A program made the position numbers and the translations under genes. The notes under the pieces are model-generated. The model was not told the origin of the DNA and did no database searches. It was given only the letters and a program-made list of their open reading frames with translations. Below, piece after piece: positions 1-10,723 of a stretch of 64,000 nucleotides of DNA. The stretch is taken from assembly GCA_009917695.1 (NCBI GenBank), contig JAACJG010000014.1, positions 50,959 through 114,958 of the forward strand, read 5' to 3'. The stretch comes from Candidatus Rifleibacterium amylolyticum. GTDB lineage: Bacteria > Muiribacteriota > Ozemobacteria > Ozemobacterales > Ozemobacteraceae. Every line of letters begins with the position of its first letter. Position 1 is the first letter of the stretch.

Positions 1-267
1 GATCTGTTGAACCGTTACCCGGCTGGCCTCTCAGGCGGCGAGGCGCGACGATGCCAGCTCGCACGCGTACTGGCAGGAAGTCCTTCCCTGTTACTGCTCG
101 ACGAACCTTTGTCCGGACAGGATGCCGTGACAGCAGGTAAAACAGCACAACTTCTGGCGAAGCTGCTCGCAGGCAAACAGGTGACGGCAATAGTTGTAAG
201 CCACGAAACCGCACTGTTTGAGGGTTTCGACTGGCAACAGCTTTATCTGCCAAACATCAACGGTTAG
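1..267 (+). CDS. ABC transporter ATP-binding protein, C-terminal part (truncated by window edge)
   Basis: LSGGE signature, LLLLDEP Walker B, VSH H-loop. Confidence 0.85.
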   Translation, partial: DLLNRYPAGLSGGEARRCQLARVLAGSPSLLLLDEPLSGQDAVTAGKTAQLLAKLLAGKQVTAIVVSHETALFEGFDWQQLYLPNING

Positions 268-2257
268 CCGCTCTTTTACAGATCCAGAGCGCCGTGAGAA
301 TACTGGCCAGAGGCAGCACCAGCACGGGGTTATCGGCAGCTGCCGAAATATGATTGATTATGTTCAGCAGCATCTGGTGTTCGTGATAGAGTCTGGTTCC
401 GACGTAAACTCCTGAACTGACCAATGTCAGAAACCGGAAAAAGCCACGGTCGGGGCCGGCGATAAAGGCAAAGAAAACCATGGCTGCGCCGGCGGCGCCG
501 GCCAGCAGAAAGTGCTGCTGTTCAAGGATTTTACCTTCGGTAAGTATTGCCGCCCTGACATTCTCGACCAGAAAGAAGAAGCCGAAGATAAACGAGACCC
601 AGCGCACCGAAGGCAACCGCTTGAAGTCCTCGGGCGAAGCTGGTTTGATCTGGCCAGGGGCATCATCTGGTTGCCGATCACTGCCCTTACTGTGTTCGGG
701 TTCTGGCGGTGGCTGATGCCGTTCCGGCGGCGCGGCCCGGTTACGGGCAGCCTGAACAGCTTTGGCCACAAAATCTTCATCGCTGTCTTCGGCAACAGAA
801 GGCGGCGGCGCCGGATGAGACAGAGGAGCCGGTCGTTTTGCCGAGGGGGGAGGCGGCGGTGGAGCTGGCACCGGATCTGACGGTCTGGCCGGCAATGGCG
901 CCGGACGTTTTGACGCAACAGCAGGTTTGGGAGCAGGTGGCGGCGGTGGCGCAACAGGTTTTGCCGGTGGTCTGGCAGCGGGCGGCGGCGACGCGGGTTT
1001 TGGCACTTGTATCGCCGGAAACTCGCCGGTTTTTTGCGCAGATTCAGGGAAACTGAACATCATGGTCGGCAGATTGCCGCTTTCAGGCCGAGGTTTTTGC
1101 GGGCCTTCGACAACTGTTATCACAACATCGGCAACCTTGATCTCATCACCCTGATAAATTGGAACCGGCCCCGATGGCTTTTCACCATTTACCCAGCTGC
1201 CGTTCGAACTGCCGAGATCTTCGAAGCAGATCTTATCGTCGCTCATAATAAAGTGCGCATGTTTGCGGCTGACCAGGCGACTCGCAAGAACCATCTGGCA
1301 ATCGCTACCACGCCCGATAATCCATGGAAACACTTTTACCAGAACAGGCTCAGCATCACCAGCAGAAAGCAGCAGATCGCGTTTGTATGCTGAAGCGGGC
1401 TGAGAATCAGGTCGGGCATCTCCAGATCGAGCAGCAGACTGCACCGCCTTGCCGACTAACCCGGCCGCAACCGCGGCCGCCGCACCTTTAAGCAGATTTC
1501 CGGCAGCATTGGCAGCTTTGCCGGCAAATTCTGAACCTGCATCAGGTGTGCTTTTCGGAAAGGGGAAAGCGCCCAGATCAACCGGCGCGCCACCTGACGA
1601 AGAACCACCTGAACTTCCGGACCCACCGGAAGGCGAGAATCCGCCAGATCCTGATGGCCCACCGGAAGAACCTGGATCATCATCGTCTTGAACAGAGCTG
1701 TTCACATCGGGCAAAGAGCTGACATCTGGCAGATCGATATCAATGAAATCGCCCGCAGGAACATAAGCTGGCAGACTGCTCTCGGGCGCAGCGCCGATCT
1801 TTTGCCATTCTGCTTTCAATTCTTGTATCGACTGCGAAATATCAGCAGGATCGACGACGCTGCCATCAGTTTTGACCAGACGATTCCTGACTGAGTCGGC
1901 GGTTACATCGACAACCTGCACGTGCAGGCCTTTTTCACTGCGATTGACATTCCAGGTGTTACCGGAAGTTCCGGTCAGCACAGCTGTCTGGAACATGTTG
2001 TTTTCGAGGGTAAAGACCATCTGATGTGTCGCAGAATACAGACTGAGGCTGCGATCGTCGAGCGAGCCATCCCAGTTGCCGGGAGATGCGTCAGGCGGCG
2101 CATTCTGAAATACTGCCATGGCGACTATTCCCGAACACAAAGCGACAGCTGCATCGGCGACCAGCTTTTCATCGCTGCCAAAATTATCTATTTGCGCAGC
2201 CAGCTGTTCGAGCGCAGGCGTAAAAGTAGTCAGATCGAGCGATTCTTTTACGGTCAT
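257..2257 (-). CDS. FHA-domain protein with Gly/Ser- and Pro-rich linkers and C-terminal transmembrane helices
   Basis: IGRGSDC...VSRKHA...EDLGSSNGSWVNG FHA motifs; poly-Pro region; 3-4 hydrophobic segments at C-terminus. Confidence 0.85.
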   Translation of the reverse strand: MTVKESLDLTTFTPALEQLAAQIDNFGSDEKLVADAAVALCSGIVAMAVFQNAPPDASPGNWDGSLDDRSLSLYSATHQMVFTLENNMFQTAVLTGTSGNTWNVNRSEKGLHVQVVDVTADSVRNRLVKTDGSVVDPADISQSIQELKAEWQKIGAAPESSLPAYVPAGDFIDIDLPDVSSLPDVNSSVQDDDDPGSSGGPSGSGGFSPSGGSGSSGGSSSGGAPVDLGAFPFPKSTPDAGSEFAGKAANAAGNLLKGAAAAVAAGLVGKAVQSAARSGDARPDSQPASAYKRDLLLSAGDAEPVLVKVFPWIIGRGSDCQMVLASRLVSRKHAHFIMSDDKICFEDLGSSNGSWVNGEKPSGPVPIYQGDEIKVADVVITVVEGPQKPRPESGNLPTMMFSFPESAQKTGEFPAIQVPKPASPPPAARPPAKPVAPPPPPAPKPAVASKRPAPLPARPSDPVPAPPPPPPSAKRPAPLSHPAPPPSVAEDSDEDFVAKAVQAARNRAAPPERHQPPPEPEHSKGSDRQPDDAPGQIKPASPEDFKRLPSVRWVSFIFGFFFLVENVRAAILTEGKILEQQHFLLAGAAGAAMVFFAFIAGPDRGFFRFLTLVSSGVYVGTRLYHEHQMLLNIINHISAAADNPVLVLPLASILTALWICKRAANR

Positions 2258-5199
2258 GAACTGCCTCCGGTTTTACCGAAACAGATGTCGGTCACCAGCA
2301 GATCGTATTTGAGAACCAGACCGAACATGACATAGACGGCAATACCAACCTGAGGAATGTCAATAATTGCCGCCTTAAAGATATTAAAACCCTTGTCGAT
2401 CAGCGACATGGCCTGTATCGCTGGCCCTATCGCCGTTCCGCCCGAAAACACTATGCCGAGAAGAGCGACGCCGAGAGAGCCACAGGCAACCAGAGTGCTT
2501 GCAATATTGGTGATTTCATCGATTCTGGCAGTGGCGATTTCATAATCACCGTATCTGCCGCTGACATCGACAACCTGGCTGCTGAAATGATGACGTACCG
2601 GCTTCCAGTCACGCGCCAGCCATTGTTGAGTTGCGTATTTATAAACGTTGCCAACCACCAGGTTTGGCTGTCTGCCAAGCACCGCAAACTTCATCTTGAT
2701 ATCCTGCATATTGAGATCTTTTATCTCTTCACTGATCGGATGGCTGGTCATCTGGTTGACAAACTCGCCGATGAGCGCATCGAGAACCTTCTCGATGCCG
2801 TTGTCGGTTATTTCATCAGAAGTACAGGTCGCCTTGATGATCTTTTCGACCTCTGCCTTGACCTCTGCATTATGCTCACAAAGCCAGTCGACAACCCAGG
2901 CGGCAAAGCCCTTTGCCTTTTTGCACACCCAGCCGATAAAAGCCGATGCCAGACGGTAAATCAATTTGCCAAGGCGGGTAAAAAGGCTGGCAGCGAAATT
3001 CAGCACTGCCTGAAAAACTTCCTGCATGGCATTGAAAAATTTGGAAACCCAGTCTGAGGCGGCAGTCATAGCGTCATCGGCAGCGTTCTTGGCCCGGTTT
3101 GCCCACTCTACCAGTTCATCCCAGTGCTTGCTGGAACTGGCGAGCAATTCGCGAAATGCTGCAATCTTTGCGCTCAGAGCCGCGGCAAGATCGTCAACTA
3201 CCGCAACCAGATCATCGAGCATGCTGCCGATAGACTTGGCGATGCGGGCACCAAGATTGCCAAGCCCTTCGAGAAAGCCGTTGATTCCGGTTCTAATTCT
3301 TTTCAGCATGGGTGCAATGTGCTTTGTCGCCTTTTCGCCGAGAGAACCGACGAAATCACCCAGCCACGAAGCACCACGCGCAATCCAGCGACCAAATCTG
3401 GTTTTGGCCAGCCATTCGATCTTGGCACGACCCCAGCTGGAAATACCATGGCCCGCGGCTGTCAGATGTTTCCCGCCTTCGAGCAGATTGAGCATAATGC
3501 CGATGAGACTGCTCATCAATCCTTCGAAACGGGTTTTAACCAGATCTTCGTGTCCTTTGAAGCGTCTGAAAAATGTATCTGAGCCTTTTACCGCAACCAG
3601 CAGCAGTTGCACTCCCGCAATTGCCAGATCGAGATCTTCTTCTTTTTTTGCGGCCAGCTGAGTAGAGAAATGGTAACGATAATACTGCAGCTTCTTTTGA
3701 AAAGCCGCTGAATACAACTTGAGACGATCAGGTGTCAGTTCGGTTTCATAAGACTTTATACGTTCTTCCTGCTCCTGATCGAGCAGCATCAGAAAAACCT
3801 GTTTCTTTTCAGGATCAGTGGGCAACAATATTGCTTTTGCCTTCAATTCTGCCTTTTTAAAAGCCTCTTCGATTTCAGGCAGACTTATTTTCCACAGCCC
3901 CCTGGCTGTCGTCTTCTGCTGCGGCAACTGCACAGGCTCTTTACCAAGCGAAGGCGTGAATCTGGCGAGGGCAACCCCGAAAAGCTTACGCTTTTCGCCG
4001 GGCATCTCTACCGGCAGAATCAGATTGCCGCGAATTTCACCACCAGTGACCTGTTCTGGCAGGATTTCGAGTGACTCGATCGTGGTGTCCTGCTGCAATC
4101 CCTTCTTTTCAGCCAGACATGAAAGCGTAATTGCTGGCGCCACCGGAATGACAACCGTCTTTTCAAGCGGCACGGCCTTTTTGCCTTCGCCGAGCATGAG
4201 CTTGATTTCGTCGTATAACCTCTCTTTGGGCCTGTATGCAAGTTCAGCCGGAGAGGCATAGCGCAGCTCAACCACACCTTCGCCGTCAGTGCGGGCACTT
4301 TCGGTCAGAATGCTGCCAAGCGGTTTGGCCTGAGAAACTTTATCCCAGACGAACTGCACCGGCATGTTGGCAAGCGGGTCGCCGGTCGCTTCCTGTCGCA
4401 ATTTGATCCGGGCGGTAATCTCCTGACCAGGCTGTGCCGGTAATTCGGGCGAAAAAGCGACATCGACCGCAACCCGCGCCGGGCAGAGCACAAAGGGTAT
4501 TTCAAGCTTGCCGGTCGGGCGTTCTGATGGCTTAACCCGTGAAAAAGCCTTAACGACAAGCTTGCCGCGCAAAGGCTCTTTGAGTTCAGGCATGGTTCGA
4601 GCACTGCACCAGGTACTGACAGGTGGAATAATACCCTTGTCAAGTTCTGAACAGATCAGAACGTCTTCTTCAAACGATGATTCAAGCCTGAATTCGAAGT
4701 CTTCATCAGGTGCGCGAAAAACTTCACCGGTTGCGGCATCGACCTGCTCTACCCACACTGTCAGCTTGCACGTGCTCTGGCCGTCTGCCATCAGCCAGAT
4801 CTCAGAATCTTTCCAGCACTCGTCGGGAGAAACAGTATAACCCATCGCCTGCGCCGGTTCAGCGACATAGATGTCACATTCGGCATTGAGCGGTTCCAGT
4901 TGCGCAGAATCAGAAGCTACCGGCAGTGCTTTGATATAGACTCGCACCGGCTTGCTGAATTTATCGGGATTTTTGTAGCTGATAAATTGATCGGTTACTG
5001 CGACACTGGCCGCGACAATCTCGCCCTGATCCTGGAGTGTAAAAGACAGCCAGCCGGCCGGTTCACAGACAAATTCAGGGCTGTGAAAATCACAGGGGTT
5101 ATACTGACCATTCTGATCGCGCGCAAGCATGCGTACGCGAATCGCGGCCGGCACCCAGCGTTTACTGGCAGCATCGTATTCTATCGAAAAATCTGGCAT
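2254..5199 (-). CDS. Large hypothetical protein: beta-rich Ig-like N-half, amphipathic helical C-half with hydrophobic hairpin
   Basis: 981-aa ORF coupled to both neighbours (ATGA overlap with the FHA gene); LMADGQST and RTDGEGVVELRY resemble bacterial Ig-like repeats. Confidence 0.75.
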   Translation of the reverse strand: MPDFSIEYDAASKRWVPAAIRVRMLARDQNGQYNPCDFHSPEFVCEPAGWLSFTLQDQGEIVAASVAVTDQFISYKNPDKFSKPVRVYIKALPVASDSAQLEPLNAECDIYVAEPAQAMGYTVSPDECWKDSEIWLMADGQSTCKLTVWVEQVDAATGEVFRAPDEDFEFRLESSFEEDVLICSELDKGIIPPVSTWCSARTMPELKEPLRGKLVVKAFSRVKPSERPTGKLEIPFVLCPARVAVDVAFSPELPAQPGQEITARIKLRQEATGDPLANMPVQFVWDKVSQAKPLGSILTESARTDGEGVVELRYASPAELAYRPKERLYDEIKLMLGEGKKAVPLEKTVVIPVAPAITLSCLAEKKGLQQDTTIESLEILPEQVTGGEIRGNLILPVEMPGEKRKLFGVALARFTPSLGKEPVQLPQQKTTARGLWKISLPEIEEAFKKAELKAKAILLPTDPEKKQVFLMLLDQEQEERIKSYETELTPDRLKLYSAAFQKKLQYYRYHFSTQLAAKKEEDLDLAIAGVQLLLVAVKGSDTFFRRFKGHEDLVKTRFEGLMSSLIGIMLNLLEGGKHLTAAGHGISSWGRAKIEWLAKTRFGRWIARGASWLGDFVGSLGEKATKHIAPMLKRIRTGINGFLEGLGNLGARIAKSIGSMLDDLVAVVDDLAAALSAKIAAFRELLASSSKHWDELVEWANRAKNAADDAMTAASDWVSKFFNAMQEVFQAVLNFAASLFTRLGKLIYRLASAFIGWVCKKAKGFAAWVVDWLCEHNAEVKAEVEKIIKATCTSDEITDNGIEKVLDALIGEFVNQMTSHPISEEIKDLNMQDIKMKFAVLGRQPNLVVGNVYKYATQQWLARDWKPVRHHFSSQVVDVSGRYGDYEIATARIDEITNIASTLVACGSLGVALLGIVFSGGTAIGPAIQAMSLIDKGFNIFKAAIIDIPQVGIAVYVMFGLVLKYDLLVTDICFGKTGGSS

Positions 5200-5200
5200 G

Positions 5201-6925
5201 TCAGAAAACCTCCAGGATATAGGCAGGGCCGCCGCCGGGCGAAACGGTCACCGTGGCTGTGCAGGTCTGGCCGCCACCTGAACCGGTAATGTAAATCATA
5301 GAAGGTTGCGGTATCGTATTGGCAGGAGTATCAGCCCGCTGTCCCACCAGACATGTCAGTCTGCACCCGCCCGTGGTCTGGCTCAGAGTCATCCAGCCTT
5401 CTCCCTGGCCGGCAAGTGTAATCGAAGCGTCAGCAGCCGGAACCAGTGGCCCGTTGTTTTCGCTCTTCCAGACAGCAACCAGAAGTTCAGCTGGCGCTTC
5501 GGCAGTTACAGCGAGATTGTAGCTGCTCACCTGAAGAACGTAAGTTGTCGTATTCACGGCAGCATCGGCGGCACCAGCTCCGATTGCCGCACCGATGGAA
5601 GGCGGCACGCCGGCTTTCATGAGATCGGCTGAGCCGCCGGCTTTAACCCACGAGGTTATCTGGGTAGTCAGTGGATCATTGGTATTTACGTTTTCCCACC
5701 AGCCCTTGTCGTGAGCAAAAAGTGTCTCTTCGCACAACATCAGCATAAAACCGGCAAAGGCGGTAAAGCTCAGAAATGAGGCAACGCGGCTGTTCACAGG
5801 CAAAACCTGACCGGTTTTGGTAAGCACCAGATAGAGCGTATAAAGAGCGAGACCCCAGCCAAAAGTCGGCCCATACTGCCAGGGTGAGCACGAAAACATA
5901 CCCGCCGAGATACCAAGAAATATGAGTTGCGACAGGCCAGCATAAGAGACCTGTTTGAGTGCCGGCTGACCAACCTGGCCGGCCAGCTGCATACCGAAAC
6001 GGGCCAGCCAGCTGCCGAGAGCCATTGGCAGAATCGAGCCAACCATGCCGAGGCTGATAAAGCTCAGCATGTTCTGTGACTGATGCGGCAATTTGTCACT
6101 CAACCAGCGCGAAAAGACGATGCCGATGGCCAGAGCGGCAATATTCAGCCCCAGGTGTGGCGTACAGGCGGCAGCAACCTGTTTTGGCATCGCAAATAGA
6201 CGCCTTATGCCATTTATCAGGCCATTGCTGCGAAACGCCCGCCACGCGCCAAGAACCATGGCACCGCCAAAAAACCAGCCAAAGGCGGCCGGCCATTCGT
6301 TGCCCTTGATTGCTATATGGCTGCCAACCTTGAAATCGCCGATAGTGTAATCAAGATACCAGGGCAACCCGCCGCCAAAAACAGTGCTGTTATAACTGCC
6401 AAGGCGCGAAAACATCATACTGATGTTACTGTTTTTGTCGAAGCCATCGTTGCCGACTGCTATTAAAAAAGTATGCAGAAGAAAGGCGATTACACCAAAT
6501 ATCAGCATTACATGCACACGTCGGAAGGTATTGCGTAAAACCTGTGTCAGGAGACTGCGCAGATCGAAACTGACAAAACCAGGCAATTCAGCCGGCGATT
6601 TGGGCTCTTTGCCAGTGTAAGACGGAGAAGATCGCACATCATACGATTCTTGCTGGCGCGGCTGATGGCCGGCGGCAGCATGCTTCTTTTCAGATGAAGC
6701 GGCATGCGATTCGGTTTCGAGATACTGACCGGCAGACGGCGGACCCCAGGCGCTGCCGTTCCAGATCAGCCATTTTCCGGTTTCTGCTGAAATCTGCCAC
6801 CAGTTGCCATCGCGATCCTGGCAGCGCAGCTCATCAACCTCGTGCACGAAACTGTCAGCATCGATCTGACCAGCTTTGAGTTCCTGGCGCAGGCGCACGT
6901 ATTTCTGTTCGAGTTTCTGCCGCAA
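5201..6925 (-). CDS. Multi-pass membrane protein with Trp-rich N-terminal domain and beta-rich C-terminal domain
   Basis: 574-aa ORF, TTG start after AGAGG/AGGA; DGNWWQI...GKWLIWNGSAW; several TM segments. Confidence 0.75.
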   Translation of the reverse strand: MRQKLEQKYVRLRQELKAGQIDADSFVHEVDELRCQDRDGNWWQISAETGKWLIWNGSAWGPPSAGQYLETESHAASSEKKHAAAGHQPRQQESYDVRSSPSYTGKEPKSPAELPGFVSFDLRSLLTQVLRNTFRRVHVMLIFGVIAFLLHTFLIAVGNDGFDKNSNISMMFSRLGSYNSTVFGGGLPWYLDYTIGDFKVGSHIAIKGNEWPAAFGWFFGGAMVLGAWRAFRSNGLINGIRRLFAMPKQVAAACTPHLGLNIAALAIGIVFSRWLSDKLPHQSQNMLSFISLGMVGSILPMALGSWLARFGMQLAGQVGQPALKQVSYAGLSQLIFLGISAGMFSCSPWQYGPTFGWGLALYTLYLVLTKTGQVLPVNSRVASFLSFTAFAGFMLMLCEETLFAHDKGWWENVNTNDPLTTQITSWVKAGGSADLMKAGVPPSIGAAIGAGAADAAVNTTTYVLQVSSYNLAVTAEAPAELLVAVWKSENNGPLVPAADASITLAGQGEGWMTLSQTTGGCRLTCLVGQRADTPANTIPQPSMIYITGSGGGQTCTATVTVSPGGGPAYILEVF

Positions 6926-6987
6926 TTCCTAAACCTCTCTGTTTATCGAAAAAATTATAAGCGCTGTAGATTCACAATACAATAGGC

Positions 6988-8052
6988 TCAACGCAAATTT
7001 GCCAATACCAAAGCATCGAGTCGGCACAATCCATATTCCTGACCTAGCCAGAGGTTGCCGTCTGGATCCTGTAACATGCACATGATTTCGTTACCAATCA
7101 GGCCATCTGATTCTCTAATAATTTTAAAACTGCCATCTTCGGAAAAGCGCGTCAAACCATCGAGTTCAGAGCCAATCCAGATAACACCATCGCGGTCTTC
7201 ACAGAATGAACGCCCTTTGTTACCGGCCAGACCATCGGCCTGACGCATTATCTTTGCCGTGCTGATATCGCCCTTTTTCCAGTCAGGAAAAAGGGTGACG
7301 CCGCCACGGTCAAAAAAGCCGGTACCAACCCACATTCTACCGCGCGAATCTTCGAAAAGCGCTGCTACATTGGCATGCGCCAGCAGATTGTCGGTTGTAT
7401 AAACTCTTTGGTTGTCATCTGACCAGTGCAACAGACCGCCATCAGGCGAAATATAGCTGCCGATCCAGATTCCGCCGGCTGAATCGGCCGTAATGGCGCG
7501 CACGCGTTCGCCCGGTAAACCATCGGCAACGCCATATTGCCGCCACTCCCCCGCAGGGGCGCGCACGGCCACACCCCGCCAGGTGCCGACCCACAATTCA
7601 CTCTGCTGCGACCAGCATAACGCCATGCTCTTTGGGTCAGGCAGAGCAGACGTGTGATCGTGCCAGACGTCATTGCGATCAAGACAGGCCAGACCCATCT
7701 CATGCGCGACCCAAAGGTTACCAGAAGGGTCAATCAGCAACGCCTCGATTCTGACCAGATCTACTGGCGGCGTGGCGATACCGGCACTGGTATCGAGTCC
7801 GCTGCGCCAGTTGAAACGTTTTAGACCAAACAGACCGCCAACCCAGAGATGGTCGTCGGCAAGCGCGAGCCCTCTTATCTGATCGCCCTGACAGAAATGC
7901 CGCCACCCTGGAGGCAGAACTCTCTTTGGCGGTGGCGCAGGCGAAAACGGCCAGAGCCACCAGGCCAGAAAAGCCATCAGCAGCCAGACCGGCAGATTTT
8001 TCCAGATGCCGGCCTCTTTTTTATCAGGTTGAATATACTGTTCTTCGATCAT
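6988..8052 (-). CDS. Beta-propeller protein (two-component regulator propeller repeats), membrane-anchored
   Basis: Repeated DxxGxLWVG/IWIG motifs and GLxxN..; N-terminal TM helix. Confidence 0.85.
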   Translation of the reverse strand: MIEEQYIQPDKKEAGIWKNLPVWLLMAFLAWWLWPFSPAPPPKRVLPPGWRHFCQGDQIRGLALADDHLWVGGLFGLKRFNWRSGLDTSAGIATPPVDLVRIEALLIDPSGNLWVAHEMGLACLDRNDVWHDHTSALPDPKSMALCWSQQSELWVGTWRGVAVRAPAGEWRQYGVADGLPGERVRAITADSAGGIWIGSYISPDGGLLHWSDDNQRVYTTDNLLAHANVAALFEDSRGRMWVGTGFFDRGGVTLFPDWKKGDISTAKIMRQADGLAGNKGRSFCEDRDGVIWIGSELDGLTRFSEDGSFKIIRESDGLIGNEIMCMLQDPDGNLWLGQEYGLCRLDALVLANLR

Positions 8053-8249
8053 ATTGCGAGCCGCTCAAGTATATGCGATATCTCCTCACAGATAAAGTAA
8101 GCTGAAAATCAGCAATTTTAGTGCGATTGCCTGCTGACATAAAAGTGATGTAGACAAAATTTGTGGGCGGGACTAAAGTAGAGCACAGGTGCCACCGGTG
8201 AAAGCTATTCACCTTAATTTGGCTACCTGGATTGAAAGGGGAGCGAACA

Positions 8250-9785
8250 ATGAGAAAGACTTTTCTGGCGTTGGTTCTGGTTGTCGTTATGCTGCTGTCG
8301 TGTCAGGTCGCGCTTTATGCAAGTTACGGCCTGAATGTAATCGAGAACGACAGTATCGGCGTAATCTATTTTAATCTCGGCAAGGCTTACAATATTTTGC
8401 GCGACCAGGTAAAAAGCTTTGATAAAACCGCTGACGCGAATACCAGGCAACAGATTGAGCAGGTGCTCGGCACCCTGGGAGCCGAAAACCCTCTGGCCAG
8501 AGATCTTTCGGTCGCAAAAATCAATGAGGCTATCGAAAAATGGCATAACGACGGAGTTTTTATTCCGACCGGCGGCGTCTGGATTTCTGTATCGAAGGAT
8601 CTACAGCCCAAAGTCGTAATCGAAGCCAGCATCAAGCCAGATAAAATAGCTGAATTTCTCAAATCGGCACCCAATACTCAAGGCCTCGACTTTACTCCGA
8701 AAAACAACATCATCAGTTTCAATGCTCCGGGCATGGATTTGCCAATAGAGATCAACAGCGAACGCATCGTCATTGGAAAAGTGGCGGCTACAGCCGAAAA
8801 GCCTGGTGAAAACTGGCAGCCTTATTACAAGCGCGTTACTTCGCCCGATCAGCATCTGGCGCTCGAACTCGACGTACAGTCGATCATCGAAAGCGTTCTG
8901 ACTCTGCATCAGCAACGTTCAACCTCGACCAGCGAGAAGTCTTGCGCTGCCAACATGCGGGTAATGACCGCCGCCACTGAGATGTACAACATGGACAACC
9001 AGACGGCAATGTCAGAACTAAACGTTAACGAACTGGTCAAGGGACAGTATCTGAAAGAACCGATGAAATGCCCCAATGGCGGCACTTATTCATCACGTGG
9101 CGATCTTGCGAAAGAAGGCGAAATAGTCTGTTCTATTCACAACACGATCAATGATCTCAAAATCTACGATGGCCCGGCGCAGCCAGCTGCCAAAATCGAT
9201 GTAGCCAGCCAGCTGCCCGATCCACGCCTGCAGCATATCACGCGGGCCCGCATTTTTGCTGACACCGAAGGAATGATGATAGCTGTGGCGGTCAAAGATG
9301 AGCCGACCAGAAAACAGTTTCAGGAAATGCTGCAGCAGAATATCAAAATGCTTGAACAGCAGCTTTCGCAAAGCAAAGGCGACGTGCGCGTAGAAACCGT
9401 TAAAAAGCTGTTCGCTTCTCTCAGCCATATCGACCGCGCCCCATGGCTTGGAATTTCCTTTAAACAAAGCGAAAATGAGCAGATACTGGTTGGCACAGCC
9501 GTTGTCGGAGTTCTCGCGGCAATTGCCATACCAAACTTTCAGAAAGCCCGCATGCAGGCCCGCAAAAGTGCTTGTTTTGCGAACCAGCGCGTATTACTCG
9601 GCGGCACCGAAATGTATAACATGGACAATGAAAAAATGCTGCATAACCTGGATATACAGGCGCTTGTCGATGGACAGTATATCAAATCCGCGCCTGAATG
9701 TCCGGACGGAGGCACCTACAGTTCTGAGGGCGACCTGGCTGAAAACGGCAGAATTAAATGCAGTATCCACGGTTCAGTAGAATAG
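8250..9785 (+). CDS. Secreted protein with two pilin/ComGC-like Cys-His domains
   Basis: Signal peptide; two copies of CxANxRVxxxxTEMYNMDN...CPxGGTYSSxGDL...CSIH; internal VLAAIAIPNF pilin helix; GGGGAG RBS before ATG 8250. Confidence 0.8.
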   Translation: MRKTFLALVLVVVMLLSCQVALYASYGLNVIENDSIGVIYFNLGKAYNILRDQVKSFDKTADANTRQQIEQVLGTLGAENPLARDLSVAKINEAIEKWHNDGVFIPTGGVWISVSKDLQPKVVIEASIKPDKIAEFLKSAPNTQGLDFTPKNNIISFNAPGMDLPIEINSERIVIGKVAATAEKPGENWQPYYKRVTSPDQHLALELDVQSIIESVLTLHQQRSTSTSEKSCAANMRVMTAATEMYNMDNQTAMSELNVNELVKGQYLKEPMKCPNGGTYSSRGDLAKEGEIVCSIHNTINDLKIYDGPAQPAAKIDVASQLPDPRLQHITRARIFADTEGMMIAVAVKDEPTRKQFQEMLQQNIKMLEQQLSQSKGDVRVETVKKLFASLSHIDRAPWLGISFKQSENEQILVGTAVVGVLAAIAIPNFQKARMQARKSACFANQRVLLGGTEMYNMDNEKMLHNLDIQALVDGQYIKSAPECPDGGTYSSEGDLAENGRIKCSIHGSVE

Positions 9786-9801
9786 TACGTGCCGATTAAA
9801 A

Positions 9802-9835
9802 AACCGGCCACAGCTGACAATTGCTGTGGCCGGTT
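9802..9835. terminator. Intrinsic terminator hairpin between convergent genes
   Basis: AACCGGCCACAGC / GCTGTGGCCGGTT 13-bp stem; A-run on left gives a U-tract on the minus strand. Confidence 0.8.
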
Positions 9836-9855
9836 GCTATTTCAGCTGAAACCGT

Positions 9856-10698
9856 TCAGGCAAGCGGCAGGCTTGTCTCACTGCGACAAACTCTATCATG
9901 AAAATCGACGATCGGGTTGTCGTTGAAGCTGTTGCCGAGAACCGCTACCAGCCGGCATACTGCATAGTTTTCTGACTGCTGCTGGTATTCCTGCAGCCAC
10001 TGTGCGTATCGGCCTTCTACATCTTCAGGCAGCGGACAGACAAATTTGAGGCGCTCAACATGAAGCCGATGCGGTTTTGGTGTCAGACGGGCGCGATAGC
10101 AGTTCTGTTTTGTACATAAAAGGGTATAAAGTGCGTCGGCATTGATTTCCTGGCTGAACTTCCCGAAAGCAGAAGATCGTGGATCGAGATACTGCCCGAC
10201 CACGATCAGCCTGATGCCTTTGCAGGTTTCATAAACACGCCAGGTGACATTGTGCTGATCACGCGTTTCGAAAAGCTTACGCAGGTGATCGACAATAGCG
10301 GCTTTCTTATCTTTTTTGCCACCGAAGCCGATAGCCTCCCAGAACGAGCGTTTATAATCGTCGATATCGAATATATTCAGAGAACAGCTGTTAAGAACCA
10401 GGGCACCATAGCGATTGCGCGTTACTATGTTGCAATCATCGATTTCGTGAGTAATCTCTTCTCTTACCGGCTTTTCATAAGAATTATCGCGCTCGGCGCT
10501 TCCATCTATGAGTCTTTGCACGCGCTCAGCCTTGGCCGAGCAAAGAGCTTGAGCATCGTCGAGTGAAAGATTCGAGCCGGCCGAACAGGTTATGGTTACC
10601 GGCTGGCCATCGACGACGACTTCAAATTCACCTGAGTGCCAGAACCTGAAAAGATGCATACTGGCGAGAGCCTGCGGACTTGCAACATGTTCTTTCAT
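9856..10698 (-). CDS. Hypothetical protein
   Basis: 280-aa ORF with GAGG RBS; motifs VTRNRYGA, YET..G.R, RARLTPKP. Confidence 0.75.
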   Translation of the reverse strand: MKEHVASPQALASMHLFRFWHSGEFEVVVDGQPVTITCSAGSNLSLDDAQALCSAKAERVQRLIDGSAERDNSYEKPVREEITHEIDDCNIVTRNRYGALVLNSCSLNIFDIDDYKRSFWEAIGFGGKKDKKAAIVDHLRKLFETRDQHNVTWRVYETCKGIRLIVVGQYLDPRSSAFGKFSQEINADALYTLLCTKQNCYRARLTPKPHRLHVERLKFVCPLPEDVEGRYAQWLQEYQQQSENYAVCRLVAVLGNSFNDNPIVDFHDRVCRSETSLPLA

Positions 10699-10723
10699 GC
10701 TTTACCTCTTGATCTAAACACTT

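Noticed and set aside
700-1690. GC-rich short repeats
   Set aside because: Explained by Pro-rich and Gly/Ser-rich linker coding in the FHA protein
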